A DNA stretch of 63,908 nt, the filler included, from Vezdaea acicularis (lineage: Eukaryota), in NCBI GenBank assembly GCA_026025075.1. It is 5 parts of 5 records of this genome, joined end to end, with 100 filler letters (N's around TTAATTAATTAA, not from the genome) between each part and the next. Parts side by side here need not be neighbours in the genome. Positions count along the whole stretch, not along the records: positions 1 to 15,300 come from JAPEUI010000224.1; 4 more parts are not named here. The stretch is one strand, 5' to 3'. Numbering within the stretch: the stretch's first letter is position 1; each line of letters opens with the position of its first letter. The notes under the pieces are model-generated. The model was given only the letters and a program-made list of their open reading frames with translations, ran no database searches and had not been told where the DNA came from. The translations under genes and the position numbers were made by a program. This document shows positions 1-13,700 of the stretch, piece by piece.

Positions 1-2
1 GA

Positions 3-575
3 CAGCGCGTCTGGTCCCTAACACTAACCATCCACATTCTGTCCGACTCCGGCAACCTCCCCGACGCCATTGGCCTTGCCGCCATCGCGACGCTCCTCCA
101 CGCCCGCCTCCCCGTCACCGAAGTCCGTGGCGGCGAGGTCACCCTTTGGAGCGTCCGTGAACGCGTGCCTCAGGCTCTAGGCGTACTGCGCGTGCCCATC
201 ACCATTACCTTCACGTTCATCCAGCCGACCAGTCCCGACGCCGCATCCTCGGCCCCCAGCGATAGCATGGATGACGAGGCCGCGGCAACGCCCACAGCAA
301 TCGATCAACAACTTATCCTTCTCGACGCCACACCCCTCGAAGAAAGCGTCAGCGTGGCGCGCCTGAGCGTCACAGCCACAGCGCAGGGGGAGGTAGTGGG
401 CATATCTCTACTCGGCGGCGGCCCCGTCGAGGCGGTGCTGCTCCTGCGGTGTGCGGAGCTGGCGGTACGGAAGGCGGGGGAGTTGACGGGGTGGCTGAGG
501 GGGGAGGTGGACCGGGATTTGGAGAGGAGGGATGGGATTGTAGTCAGGGAGGGCGGGGCCGAGAATGAGCGGTGA
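3..575 (+). CDS. RRP45: Exosome complex RNase PH-like subunit Rrp45, 5'-truncated at the window edge
   Basis: Frame open from base 3: QRVWSLTLTIHILSDSGNLPDAIGLAAIATLLHARLPVTEVRGGEVTLWSVRERVPQALGVLRVPITITF...LLDATPLEE...AENER*. Matches the RNase PH fold pattern and the typical Rrp45 C-terminal AENER. Confidence 0.85.
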   Translation, partial: QRVWSLTLTIHILSDSGNLPDAIGLAAIATLLHARLPVTEVRGGEVTLWSVRERVPQALGVLRVPITITFTFIQPTSPDAASSAPSDSMDDEAAATPTAIDQQLILLDATPLEESVSVARLSVTATAQGEVVGISLLGGGPVEAVLLLRCAELAVRKAGELTGWLRGEVDRDLERRDGIVVREGGAENER

Positions 576-1184
576 GTGCTTGGTTGGGGGGCGCTTTGGG
601 TTTGGGGGCGAGTTTGGGGAGAGAAGGGGAAGAGGGTTTCACTTTATTTGGGCATGGACGGGAAGAGCATTCCAGGCGTTCTGGGCCAGTATGTCGCAAC
701 GGCGGCGGGCAGGTCAGATCCACCCATACACAGCGCATAGCAAGCAAAGCAACCGCGCAACCCAAGCTCCAACAAACATGCCTTTCTCACCTCATCTAAC
801 CCCCCCTTCCCTCTAAACCCCACCCACCCACTCCCCTTCCCCACAACACCTAAACCCCCCACCACCCTCCCTAGCATTCACAAACAAACAAACAAGCAGC
901 ACGAGCGCAGACGACTTTCGACAAGAATATAATTCTTCTAAAAGACAAAACGAGATGTTCCATCTGTCCATCCATTCATCTAGCGGCCTACCTGTCTTGT
1001 CGCCACAACACAAAAAAAGGGGATATACACAGAGAAAAAACGAGATGAGAGTCTATGCAAGCACCAACAGGCTGATGCGAGGGCCCAGTGTTTTGCAAGA
1101 TGAAGGTGGAAGGGGGGGTAGTAGGAGAGAGAGGAGCAGTCGGGGGGGGCAAGCCAGTGCCGAGTGACGGGGCGCCAGCTCACG

Positions 1185-1211
1185 TACATACATAGATACA
1201 TACATACATAC
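1185..1211. repeat. (TACA)n microsatellite in the 3' region of the PUF gene
   Basis: tacatacatagatacatacatacatac. Confidence 0.85.
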
Positions 1212-1452
1212 GCCAACCAAAAAAGGAGGGGTTGGTGAAGGCGGGAAGGAGCTAACAAGAACATCGAGTGTGTGAGAAAGAAGAAAGAACATGGCTGGGG
1301 ATGAGACGAGTGTAGTATAGCACACATGCGAGTGAAAACCCAATACAGTTCCAAACATGGCCGCCCGTACACCGAGCCAATAATCAGATCCATCTCTCCT
1401 TGGGATATGCTGTTCCAAAAAAGAAGCATGTGTGAAGCCAGGACGCCCTTGG

Positions 1453-4400
1453 TCAACGCTAGGAAGCGGCGTGTCAGTGAGAGCGGATCTAAGTATTCCT
1501 CGCGGAACTCACCCTGCCTCTTCGTCCCCCGCCTTGCTGATGCATCTGCTGCTGCTGTTGCTGCGGGAAGAACGACATCTGCGGTATGGCGGCGGCCGGA
1601 TAGGCGAACCCACCCGGCATAACGCCGTTGCCAAGAGACATCCCAAAGCTGGCCTGAGGCACAAAGCCCTGGCCGACGAGCGGGTTGGGGCTCATCTGGC
1701 CCTGGGCGCCGTTGAGGCTAACTGCTTGCGCTTGAGCATTTCGGAAGGATTCGAGTGAAGGAGAGGGGGTAGGGTAACCGCCTAGACCGGGTGTGAAGCC
1801 GCCGTAGAAGGGTCCGGATTGCATGGTGCGTGCTGCTTGCGCGGCAAGAAGTTGCTGATACTGCAGCTGTTGAGGAGTGATGGGAGACAGAGGAACGTTC
1901 GGGTTAGGAGTAAACATTGGGCTGTTAAGACCGTTGAGGCCAAATTGTTCAAATGCTTGCATAGTGTTGCTCTGCTCGGCGCTCGGGTTGCGTTGCATTC
2001 CAGCTGCTGGTTCGGCCGGTGACGCGACGTTGGGAAAGTATTGTCCACTATACTGACGTTCTGGAGCTTGCTGGGGCGTTTGAGTACCTGCTGTCCTGTT
2101 TTGCGAGCCTGCTCGACCTCGTGCTGGAGACTGGCTGGGTGGATGTTCTCTAGACGCATCGCGGCTAGTGGCTGGACCGTTGGCAGCATTGCGAGTCGAC
2201 AGACCAACTTCGTCCATCAAGCGTTTGTATCCCTGGGCCGGCTGGGCTTTTAGGCGGAGAAGAACATCGCGGACGTTCTGTACCACATCGGTTCGCATAT
2301 TCTCGTCGAAGAACGGTGTGGTCAGTACCTTGAAGATGAGAGTCGCACCACAAACTTGGTCGCTAAGGATGTCTTGCAGTATCTGATCGTTTGGCGAGAA
2401 GAAAAGGGCCTTGAGTATCATGTCTCGAGCTTCGGGTTCGTTCCTTTGATTGATGACTTTCAGTACGGTCAAGTAGGCAACCTTATGGGTACAAAGGTGA
2501 ACCAAGTGAGGCACAAGCTTCGGGGCTAGGACTGTGCGTCGGCCAGGGAAAGTGCAAGTGTCGAGGAACCATGTAAGTAGCAGGGCGCCGTTTGCATTTG
2601 TAGCTAGCTGGACACTATTCAAGGCGACTGAAGCTGCCAGCATCCGTTGCTGATCTTTATTTGCATGATGGCTCTCGAGACATGCCCGCATCGCACGAGC
2701 GCCAAATCGACCTTGAGCAATGTCCCACATACGGCTCAGCATCGCTTCAAAGATGAAGTTGTTGAAAGGATAGCCGAAACGAAGGCAGCATTGGATGACG
2801 TAGTTTCCATATTGGTCGAGGAACAGCGGAACGGTGTATGATCGCAGACTGTCCACGATCATGCCCATCTGCGTAGGGGTCTTGGCGACATCGATAATCT
2901 TTTGCGCAGCCCAAGTCCCATTCTTATGGCAGCCAATCTCAGCGAGGTGCGGGGCGATCTGATTCAACATCATCTCCTTCACATTTTCAGGACAGAATTC
3001 AAAAAGCTTCTGTACCACCGTATTCCCGAGATAGTCCGACGAGAGTTCGGCGATCTCTGGAATCATACCCTTCGCGATCTCTTCTATCTCGGTCTGAGAG
3101 CAGGAGCTGTTATCGATTCGCTTTCGGATCTCCCTCAACTTCGGTGCATCGTGTATCCTACTATGACTAGGCTCTGGTATTGAAGGGACTTCTGATTGGA
3201 AATCCTGGAAGCTAACCGCCTTCTCGATTATACTAGAAATATTGGCTTGCTCCGTCTCTGTAGCCCCGAACTCTTCCACAATTTTGAGAATATCCGCATG
3301 AATATCATGAAGGTCCATTGTCGTTGGTTCCTCGGCTTCTTGTGCTCCTTGCAGTGGGCCCGCGGCGCCGACACTTCCCTGTCGAACGGCGCCTGGTTTA
3401 GATTCGGTAGAGTTCTTCGCGAATGGGTCGGGACTTGGTGATGGGTAAGTACCGTTGTGACCGGGTGTACCGTTGGCGGACGAGTCGGGAACCTTGGCAT
3501 ATCCAATTCGGACGGGTCCAGCTCCAGGGAAGATTTCCTTTCCATTGAGAATTGATTTTGCTTGGACGGCGCTGTCTGGATGCTCGAAGTTGACGAACCC
3601 GCAGTTCTTGTGAGTCAAAACTCGAGCTGATTCGATTTTTCCAAACGGAGCAAAGATTGCGTTCAAGGAGGTGACAGTAGTCGACGAAGGGATACTGCCC
3701 AGCCATAAAGCTCTAGTTGGGGGATCTAGATTGTTGTCACCATTACTGGCGTCAATCATCCGTCCCGTCTGACCTCCAAGGTGCAACGCTCGCGCAGCAT
3801 CAGAGAGGCTCTCGTAGTCCGCTGCACTTAGCTCCGCTGCAGTGATACTATTATCCAACCGAGACGGGGTTGCCAGGTAGCTTCGCACCGACCGTTGTGG
3901 CGAGGCTTCAAGCACCCCGACGGTCCTTGCTCTCGGCCGATTGGCTGTTGCTTGGTTGACGAAAGCTTGTACGGCAAGGTTATGTTGATGAATCTGCGCC
4001 TGGGTAGCGGCGTTGGCAGCTGCAATGGTTGCAGCGGATGGCGTCAAAGACCCGCTGTGGTGAGAAGGATAATGAACGCCATGGCCTTCGTCATCTTCTT
4101 CGTCTTCAGCATACTTCTCTGTCGCATTAACTGAGTATGATCGGAATCGGTTTGCGTTCTTGTTCAAGCCGACCAGGTCGGTCATGAAGGGCTGTAAAGC
4201 CGCAGATCGGTGGGCTTCCAACACGGCCTCCATGTTAGTCTGAGCTAGCGTGGCTCGAGCTTGTTGTGGTGTAGAATCAGCGAGTCCTAGATAGTCGAGC
4301 GTTCGTATGGTATCGTTGTCTCCCATTCCATCTTTAGAGAATGAAGATTGTGCGGGTGAGATGGGGCCATCGCCCGAGCGGATACTGCTAAGCGTGGTGG

Positions 4401-5161
4401 ATCTCTCTCGTCCGCCGCCCCAACTGGTGGAGAATAATGTGGGCCCAAATGGACCAGCTGGTGTAGCGTAATTGGTCCGTTGCGGCATTGATCCCGACCT
4501 CAATCGAGACAACAGAGCTGAAGTACTGGCCGCTCCTTCACCTATTGCTGCGTCCATTTCGCCTGGTACAGGGGACTGCGATTTGTATGGAGTTGCGGAT
4601 GGAGTAGGTCTTGATGTCTTTGGCAGGGTTGACTGCAAGATGCCTGATCCATTCAGGACGCCACTGGGGGAGAAACGGGAAGGTAAGGTCCCTGCCCGAG
4701 ACCGACGAGCAGAATTCGAAGCTATGGCCTCCGCTGTGGTCTGATTGAAGTCAGGGAAACCATCAGTCGGTGACTCGGGAATGTTTTCTCGCAGTGGGGT
4801 CGATTTTCCGCTTGTAGGCGGTCCCCAAGGGTTTGGGTTTAGTCCTTCCTGAACTTTGATTTCTCTTGCACTGGAGTGTGATCAGCCTTGGTTAGCAAAA
4901 AAAGAACGAGCAAATAGCATACCGCTTTGAGAACAACCTGCTAGCACCCAATTCATGCGATGGGGATCCAGCCCCAATTCTCGTCGTAGACCCGATTCCT
5001 CCCAGTCCGTTCGTACCTCCATAGGTGGACCTAAGTCCGTTCGACGTGGGCTGCTCGATTGGAGAATTATTGCCTGTCGATGAACCAGACCGAGGTTGTG
5101 CAGTAGGTAGTTTTGGGATGTAACCCATATTGAGGCCTTCTGCCTTTGAGGAAGCCATCAT
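1453..5161 (-). CDS. JSN1: Pumilio-repeat + RRM RNA-binding protein (Jsn1/Puf1-Puf2 family), ~1200 aa
   Basis: RRM (RALWLGSIP...KNCGFVNF) followed by PUF repeats (SDYLGNTVVQKL, HKNGTWAAQKII, DQYGNYVIQCCL). Exons 5161-4923, 4870-1513, 1458-1453. Introns 4922-4871 (GTATGC..CAG, restores SKRAREI) and 1512-1459 (GTGAGT..CTGAC..TAG). Total 3603 nt, in frame. Confidence 0.9.
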
Positions 5162-8100
5162 ATTATATTATTGTAGGTCCTAAAACGGAGCGCCAACGAG
5201 CCGCCCGAGAAAGAAGAAGTATCTCGAAGCGTGGTGATAGGCTTCGGATAGACTAGTGAGCAGCCGTCAAGGATGTTATAGAAGGCACCGTCCCGTTCCA
5301 CAGGATGCCAGCGGGATCTTCGAAATGTTCAGAGTAGCCTGCCAGGGCCTCTATACAAAGTACGCACGTACACAGATAACGTTTGCTAACCTCGACCGTC
5401 GTAATGGCAGAATGCAGAACAGTCTCTAATTATATCCTTGTTGTAGTTAAGCCTGCAGGCTTTGTAGTTGTCGGGGTGGTCCCTGCGTATACCCGCGACG
5501 TGGTCCGGAACTGAATACTCTGTGGTGTGTCGACTGGGGATCTGGAAAGAGTATATCTCCGCCGATAGTCCGAAGGTGTCGATGGGAGGACTTGGCAAAC
5601 ACCGTCAGGAGTCTATTTGCGAGACGACAGTCGTATGACCGATAGACTAATCAAACAGTATACTTTATGAACGGCAACCTGAGTCAGGTGTCGTTTTCCT
5701 CTTTCTCAAGGTGTTGAATCTGGGGGGGGAAATAATGGATGGAAAGCTCGGCGAGGTGACGGCGATTCGTGGGTTCTAGACGCCTGGTAGTTGTGAAAAC
5801 TTTCGAAGGCGTCTGACAATAGACAGGCCGAAGTGGGAGGGCGCAGCTCTCGACCTGGAGAATGCAAGATGATTAGGGACAAAGAAGGGGAATAACAAAA
5901 GCTTGAAGAGGTCCGACAGGAGAGGAAAGTCGAAGGAGTGTGGGAGGCGGCGAGACGATTATGGTGGTCGAAGGAGGTGCAAAAATGTCGTAACCCGGCG
6001 AGCAGGGCCCCAAACGTATAGGGTCCGCGCGTGTGGGTTTGGCACCAGCGAGCTAGGCGAGCTGATCGGACGGACAAGGGGGTCGTTTGGCTCTGTTGCA
6101 CCAGGCGCAGACACCAGCACGAAGATGCTCGAGGAGAGTTCAGCGGTCGACGGTATCGCAGACTCTGACTGTTCTTTGCAGTGCGACACTGTTCAGTTCT
6201 GGCTCGGGCTCGGCGCGCAATCGCGGTGCCTTGACAGGATCTGCTGCGGTGGTGCAAAGCGGCGGTCCTGGCCTGCCTGTCGAAAGGGGGTTGCCGAGAG
6301 GGCAGCAGGCTCTGCTGGGTTCTCCCTGGCGTGCAAAAATTCAACTGGGCGGGAATGATATTCAAGGGCGCTGGCAGGGCGAACAGGCGCGAATAAGTTG
6401 GAATCGACGACCAATCGGCGCTGGTGAAACGCAATGCGCGCCTCACCCAATCGACGAGGGTCGACGGCCGAAAAGACCTTGCTGCAGCAAGGCACTGCCC
6501 TTGGCCCTACGGCGCGGCCGCTTTCTCTCGCTCGCCCAACCCGTCAGACGGCGTATGAGACGGTGAGGTCTGTAATGAGAGGTCGAGGGTGCGGGTATGG
6601 TATGCTTCCAGTCGTCAAAGGTTGATGGGGTCCGCTGGCGGCCTCTAGGACGGTGATGTGGCTGAAGGTAATACGCGCGTACCAAAGATCCAGCGTTCAA
6701 GATTCGACAGCCTCGCTCTGAACGGCTGGTGATGGCATTCACACGGCAACAGCGGGACTTGGACGTCTCGAGGCGTTCACGTCTTCACGAGGGATCATCA
6801 TCAAGCTATATTCTGGGACGGCTGGCGAGGAAGGCGATCTTGATGCCACTGCAGCCTCCACGGTACAAAGCCTTTTTCGTTGAATCGAATCACAGGCAGG
6901 TCCGTGGGCGGGTGCAACATGTCTATCCACCACGCGAACAAGTACCTCGTCACGGCCGTTTCTATGCAAAGGGACTTTAATCTGGGGGTCTCTGCGTGTT
7001 ACGACTTGCTGCAACTCCCCCCCTCCCCGAAGGCTTATCGATAAGCCACCGGCTGTGTCTGAATCAGTTTCACGCCGCGCGACCTTGGGGAGTCGGAATA
7101 GTCGCTCCAGTCCGGGAGGCGGAGGACCCTGCCTGTGGGCAGCAACAGAGACAGGGGGATCCCCCTTTACCGGCAGCACGTCAACGAGCATCCGTGCTGT
7201 GTTTGGCGACGTGATATGAGGATCTTGTCGACGGAGCCTTCGTTCAATATCGCATGAAGGTCGCTCGCGCTCACGATACGAGAGAAGCAGCGGCCAGCCC
7301 TCTCGATCACGAAAGGCAGGACGATAGAACGACGGATGTCTCTCGCTGTGTCGCCTTGATACTCGTCTGTCTCAGCTTGGGCCTGGTCCAGACGAGTGCA
7401 CAGAGCACCTTAAAAACGTGGTGCCGGTGACAGCACCACGATGGCCCGTACCGCATCGCAGTCATCTAACCAGCTCCTAAGCTCCTTACCGGCAGATGAG
7501 GGGAAGGGGCGGGGTTAATGAAGCCATGGTGCAATGAGCAGCGGCGGCCGGGGTCACAGGTGATGGAGCCAGGCGCAACAGGATGCAACTCGGCGCCCGC
7601 GCATAAGCTGAAACGCGCAATCCGGCTACAAATCGATTGTGATGCGAGTGGACCTGGGGTTGCCGTGCCTGCTTCTCCCATTCCGCCTTCCGGCGCGACG
7701 CCCAGGACGCTCGCCGCCCGCCAATGAGAATCCTCCGGTCGTCGAACGATCTCTGGTAGCGACACATCGAGGAAACACTCGAGATCGCGACGCTGCCTCG
7801 ATCCGTCTGGTAATCGGGAATGCCGTGGAAGAGACAAGAGGGAAGGCTGAGCAAGAAAGCTTTCGTTAGTGATGGAGGGTAGAGCGCAGACTGAGCTGTG
7901 ACGCCGAGCTGTGACGCTATTGGAATGTCCGGCTTGAAGGGGGAGCTGCTCAGTGTCAGATGGAAGTCGGCCCCTCACCAACACGATTTCATCACTGTCT
8001 GAATAATGTCACGACTAGATGCATATGCTTTTGAAACTTCTGTCTCATTCGAGATCTGGAAGTTCGGAAGATTACGGCCAGCGCGGTCTCGAGTAGGACC

Positions 8101-9095
8101 CTACTCGAGAAGTGGAAGGGCAGTCACAACGCACCGAGCCATGCCCTGAAGTGAATCACAAGAATGATGTGCACTTTTTCATAGGCTGGTAGCACAACGG
8201 TCCTAGAGGCTGTTGCTGCTACGGATAGACGGAGAATTTCTACTATTCTACTATCCCCTAGCAAAGACGAGAAGAAGAGTGATGCCTGAGATGGTCAAAA
8301 ATCAAGCATCAATATCAAACGGGGGAAGCAGGTGTGTGAACAGGGATTTACAAATCTCAATCGGACGACATATCGTCCAGGTATGCAGAAAGCATAAGAC
8401 GAGAGCTCGAAAAGTCACCCTCAAGGTCGATTACCGCCGCGTCTCCACTTCTTGGAGAAGGACGGGCAATTATCTGGAATTGATGGTAGTGCTGGCCAAT
8501 GCTCGAAGCGACCACCGCAGATAATACGGAAGCGAGTGCGAGCAACTCTTTAAAAATCCCGTCGGGTCATATCACATTGAACTCGGACGCGGCGTCCTCG
8601 ACCTGTCCCTCGCTCCATCCTCCATCGATCCAATCAGACATGACTCTATAGCCACATCGACAGCTGGAGGATTCCTCCTTCGACACCCTTTCACATCCAG
8701 TCTCGCTGTGTCAGCGACGCTCCTCGCTCGTCGCTGAGACACGTCGCCTCGGTTGCTTGACCATTCCTGCTGTCTGACGCAAAGCGAAGTCCTCCTGCCC
8801 ACCACCAAACATCCTCTAACCTTCAGCCTCCCGTGTCCTCGAGCTGCTTGGACGTGCGACACGGCACATTTCCCCCTCTTTCGCGCCATCCGCGCACTGT
8901 CCTTCCCCAGCCTGCAACGAGTCTGCACATCAATTTTGCACGTTCACGCTCGGGTTAGTCAATCGACCGCCTCTGCTGGGTTTTCGTGATCGCTTAGAGA
9001 TTTTTCATCCCCAACTCTGGATCGCTTTTACGCGACACCCGTTGCTGGGACCGAACCCTTCGCCAATCTTTCGTGGACGCGTGGGAACCACGATA

Positions 9096-10714
9096 ATGAG
9101 CAGTAGAGTGCACGATGCTACGGAAGAACCACTCTCGGAGGACGAGTCTACCTCAGGAAGCGACGATCAGGATCCCGAAACGCAGATAGAATGGTTGGCG
9201 GCTGGGCGCGAGAAGAGATCCACTGCGGGAAATCGGCTGGCGGCACTACTCGATGAGGCCGAGGATGAGGAGCTTGCAGCACTGTTCGAGGAACCCGAGG
9301 ATGATGTCGAGTTCGAGGGAGAAGAAGATAATCAGTCTGATGTCGACCTTGGTTCCTCCGACGAGGACGAGGAGCAGGGTCACGCCGGAGACCATGCGGA
9401 CGAGGACCTTACTGGCGAGAAGGCGTTGCAGAGGGAGGTCAGGGAGGAAAGGCGGGCGAAGAAGAGGAAGACAGAGGCCGCTTCGATGAAAATTCCTGCG
9501 TTCCGCAAGCGGGTCAAGATCGATCCGACTGCCACGAAAGGCCCCACCACGCCCGCTTTCAAGCTGAAGAAGAACGAGAAGTCCTTGGCCGGCACGCCAG
9601 AGGATGGACCGGTCCGATCATCATTACGAAAGGCGACTAAGCATAACAAAGAAGTCACTCAGGCTCGCATCAAGCTGAAAGAGCTACGAAGGCAGAAGAC
9701 GTTGGCATCGATGGCGGCAGCAGCGAAGAGGAAGGAAAGGGACAAGCCGAAAGAGATGACCCAAGCAGACCGGATGGCAGAAGCCGCAAGGACCGAGAAA
9801 GCCAACAGCAAGAGCCTGAATCGGTGGGAGCAGGCTGAGAAGAAGAGAGAACAGGAGCAAAAGGCTCGCCTCGCGGCATTACAGAATCGCCAGATGGAGG
9901 GTCCATACATCAGCTGGTGGAGTGGCCTAGCCGGCTGGGTAGACGGGAAGCTTGCGTATGTTGGAAAGAAGGTCCGCATCGAGGCTGCAAAGGAGGTATC
10001 AAGACCGGGGACGAGCAAAGAAGGCTCAGCAGTGGTAGCAGGAGGGTATGATGGTTCAATACCAGGAAGCACCACTCCCAGAGGCACCACAATACCCGCA
10101 GGGCCCGTACGACCCGAACCAGCCCTAGGGGACGAATCTACAAAGACATTGGAAGTATCGAACGCGCAGCCAACTGGGACAGAAGCCGCACCACCGACAG
10201 ACTTTCTGGAGGAGATACACTACTATGCTTCACTGTCGGAGTCGACGAATAAGCCCGAGCCAGCACGCGATGCGGAGCTCACACCGCGTCCGCGTTCGCC
10301 TCCGGTACCGGTGCTGGTGGAACGGTCGACACGGAATGTCCTCATCTTGGAGAACTTTGATGCCACTGCGATCCAGCATCGCGACGTGCAGCGGCGCATC
10401 ATCATGGGCAGCGCCAAGGCGGCGGCCAAGATGCATAGTAAGTGGGAACAAATACGACTTAAAAGCATGTGCAGCAGCCCGCTAACCACGTTTTTCTTGT
10501 GCTACGAACAGAGGTCTTCCGTGAGCTGTGCGCCATCACGTCGGAGCCGGCGAGGTTCCGCGACCCTTCCACCGGCCTTCCATATGCGAATGCGGACGCC
10601 TTTAAGAGGATTCGGCTGTTGAAGGAGGGGAGGTATCGGTGGAGTACTCTGGTGGGAGCATATGTGGGACCCGTCGGCGTGGCCGCGAAGGGCGTGCCCG
10701 AGCGCTTTCTCTGA
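9096..10714 (+). CDS. VPS72: SWR1 complex subunit Vps72/Swc2 (YL1), ~514 aa
   Basis: N-terminal REKRSTAGNRL, acidic tract and MTQADRMAEAARTEKANSKSL. YL1_C domain CAITSEPARFRDPSTGLPYAN lies in exon 2. Intron 10438-10511 (GTAAGT..GCTAAC..CAG). Confidence 0.9.
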
Positions 10715-13700
10715 ATGTTGCTATTTGAAGGCTACCGACAGGTTGACGAGGGGAGTCCATGGAGGAGTTGAACGGCGCAGTTGAGGAGGGTCGATGAGGG
10801 TCGATTGGGAGGTCGAGGAGTGGTCGAATGGGGTGGAGGAGTGGTACACGAGGGTCGACGAAGCTCGTCGAAGGCATCCAACTGATCATGTAAACAAAAC
10901 CCCACGAAACCACCCGTCGCAACGGCGCGCAAGATAGAGATCTACCCCCGCCCCTCGATCTCTCCGATCCGCACCCTCGGATTACGGGAGTACGTCGCCA
11001 TCGCCGCATCGGCACTCCATCGCTCGTCTTCTGCCTGTCGCTGCCCCTCTCTGCCCGCCTCGCTCGGCTTCCCGCCGCAAGGGCATGGCGACGTGGACCG
11101 AGTCTGCGCCCGCTCGCCGCTGCACTATCTCTGATACTGGATGTAGACCGGGGTGGTGGGAGGTTGCTTTCTCGTCGCAGCTCGCTCGCTCCTCTGAGTA
11201 AAGGGCCCGAGCACTCCCCCCCAGATATGAGGATGCCCTTCCTTCGGCCCATCCCACTCGCGCGGTGGCTTCGTCGGCGCCGGCCAACCCCGCCGCTTGC
11301 TCCGTGGCTAAGGGCGGGTTGCGGGTTGCGTTGCGTGGGGTAGACTGTTTGATGGCTGCTCAACTCGTTGGACAAGTCCCCCCCAGGCAACGTTGTCGGT
11401 CGTCAATGGCATCATTGTGAAGGAGACGGTAGAGGGGCAGGTCACGCGGTCGAACGCCCGCAGTCGCATCTACATACATACAGCGGGCGTGGCGTTTCGA
11501 TATTCCACCATCTGTGTTGTCCTGGGGGCGTCGCGGTATCAGCTTCACTCACTCTCTCTCTCACTCCCGCTCTCACGCTCTCCTCTCGCACCCCACGCCG
11601 GCCTTGCAGTCCGAGCGAGCTTCCCGCGGGACCAACCCCGCAACTCTCGCCTGATCGGCGGGTTCGAGGCTTTCGCGCATCCCGCATTTCGCGCAGGCGT
11701 CACGGGGAAAGGGGACGGGGGGCTTGAATGCGGGATGTTCGGGGCAATGGGGGGCCGTTTCTTGTCGATCGCTGGTTGTAGTGGGGGAGAAGGGTCTGGA
11801 AGAAGGAGGAGGAGGAGGAGGAGATGCAGATGGCTTATCGATTAGATTCGGGGGCAAGGACAGTGCCAAGCCAGGGCCAGGGCCAGGGCAAGGGCAAGGG
11901 CAGAGGACTTCAGAGGACGGGGGAGTCTGTGACTGCAGCGTTGGTCGCGGCCCCGACGCTGGGTGGTTGGACCCTGGTACGACGTGGGGGGAGCACAAAC
12001 TCCGACACCGCGAGATATCCCTCCGGCGCGCCGCCCCCGCGGTCGTACCAGACTCGAGCAAGTGTCACACCGTCTGCGCATGCAATGGCATCGGGGAACC
12101 ACCGGTCCGCCGCGGCGACGTGCAAAGGATGCAGTGGAACAACCGACGAGCTGCCCGTGGTCGCGGACGGAGGAAGGGCGCGAGATGGGGGGACGCGATG
12201 GAAGCGCCATGGAGGGGCAGCGAGTGGGGGGCCGTGGTGTTTTGGTCCGCTCTGGGGGGGCCATGTGGTGGGCGTGGGTGGTCGACGCCCTCTCCCTGGC
12301 GCTTTCCCCACCATGCGGGCCATGCGCAGGACCATACTACGTGCGGACGATGGGAGGCCCCGTCGGCGTCGTCGGCGTCGTCGTCGCGCTGTGTGATGCA
12401 GCGGCCGTCGACGGGCGGCGTCGATGCTCGACGACTTATCAGGCCGCACGCGTTGCGCGGTGGATGGCGCGGAGGGGGGAGGTGGAGGGCGTCTTACTTT
12501 TGGGAGGCTTTTCTTGCACGACCAGCTCTTCTCTGGGCCGCACGAGTGCGCCGCGCCTGCTGGCAGAAGAGCTGCTTTGTCCGACGGTCCTACTTAACGT
12601 TGCGTCTTTCCGCTCGTTCTTGTCGTCATTCCTGGCCTTCCCTCGACCAACAACAACTCGCCGACCACGCACTTCTCCTCCTCCGCCATCAGCCGCCTGC
12701 CTCAGACCGCCCCACCCACTCCCGAAATAGGCGCCGTGCGAGGGTACCTTGCCGCGTAGCCGCTTACCGCGAGCGCTGCCCGGGAAGCGAGAAACTCTAT
12801 CGAAGGGCCGAGGGAGAGCGCGAGTGAGCGCGAGAGAGCGAGAGATAAAAACGAGAGAGAAGAGAGAAAGCGGCCACAAAGAAGCACCACACGGCGCACA
12901 TGCGACGCACGCACACGCACGCGGCGCCCCTTCTCCGAAGCCGCTGAAACGTGCGCGAATCCCTCTCAACGTGTTGGTCCGCGCGCGCGCCATTCGTGGT
13001 CGGGATTGCCTCTTCTTCGTCTCCTCTTCAATACCCCCCCACCGGAGTCGTGAATGTGAGGAGAAGAGTCACACCTCCTCCGTCTACTTCTTTGATAGAC
13101 CACGCACGCACGCACGCCATTTGAGATCAAGCACGCATCACCGCTCGCCGCGCTATATCAGTCTCTGTCCTCCCCCCGTGGACCTTTCCTCGTTGCATCG
13201 ATAACTCTCCGTCTCACCTCCGTCTCGGCCCCGCTCACCGTCAGCAACAATCGATTCGCCTCCGTGGAGCAAGACTGAACAAGAAAAGAAGCGCAACCGT
13301 CATTCTTCGTGTGAGCACTAGGCGGTTAGAAAGAAACCTAAAGCTGAGGTTAGTATCACGCTCTCACGCTTCGAGTCTTACTCGACATCTACACCTTCAC
13401 CTCCACCTTCCTCTGCACCTCCAATTGGCTTGAGGGAGGTCGCACACATGCATGTTGCCCCTCCCTCAGTTCCCCCACCTTGGTCGGCCACTCGACCGGC
13501 TGCATGCATGCACTGAAAATCTTTCTGGAACGTTGCCCAAAACCGAGATCGCTTGCCCCACCCCACCACCACCACCACCCCTCCTTCCGCCACTCACACG
13601 CTCTACTTTATCACTCGCTGCGATCTCGCTCCGACAACGTCTTTTGCTAATCTGAATGCATCCGCTCCGCTAGATAAGATACGCTTTGTTGTCCGAGTAC

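Noticed and set aside
10602..13204. Many overlapping 150-367 aa ORFs (e.g. 11724-12827)
   Set aside because: Arg/Gly/Pro-rich shadows of GC-rich low-complexity DNA on both strands, with no motifs.
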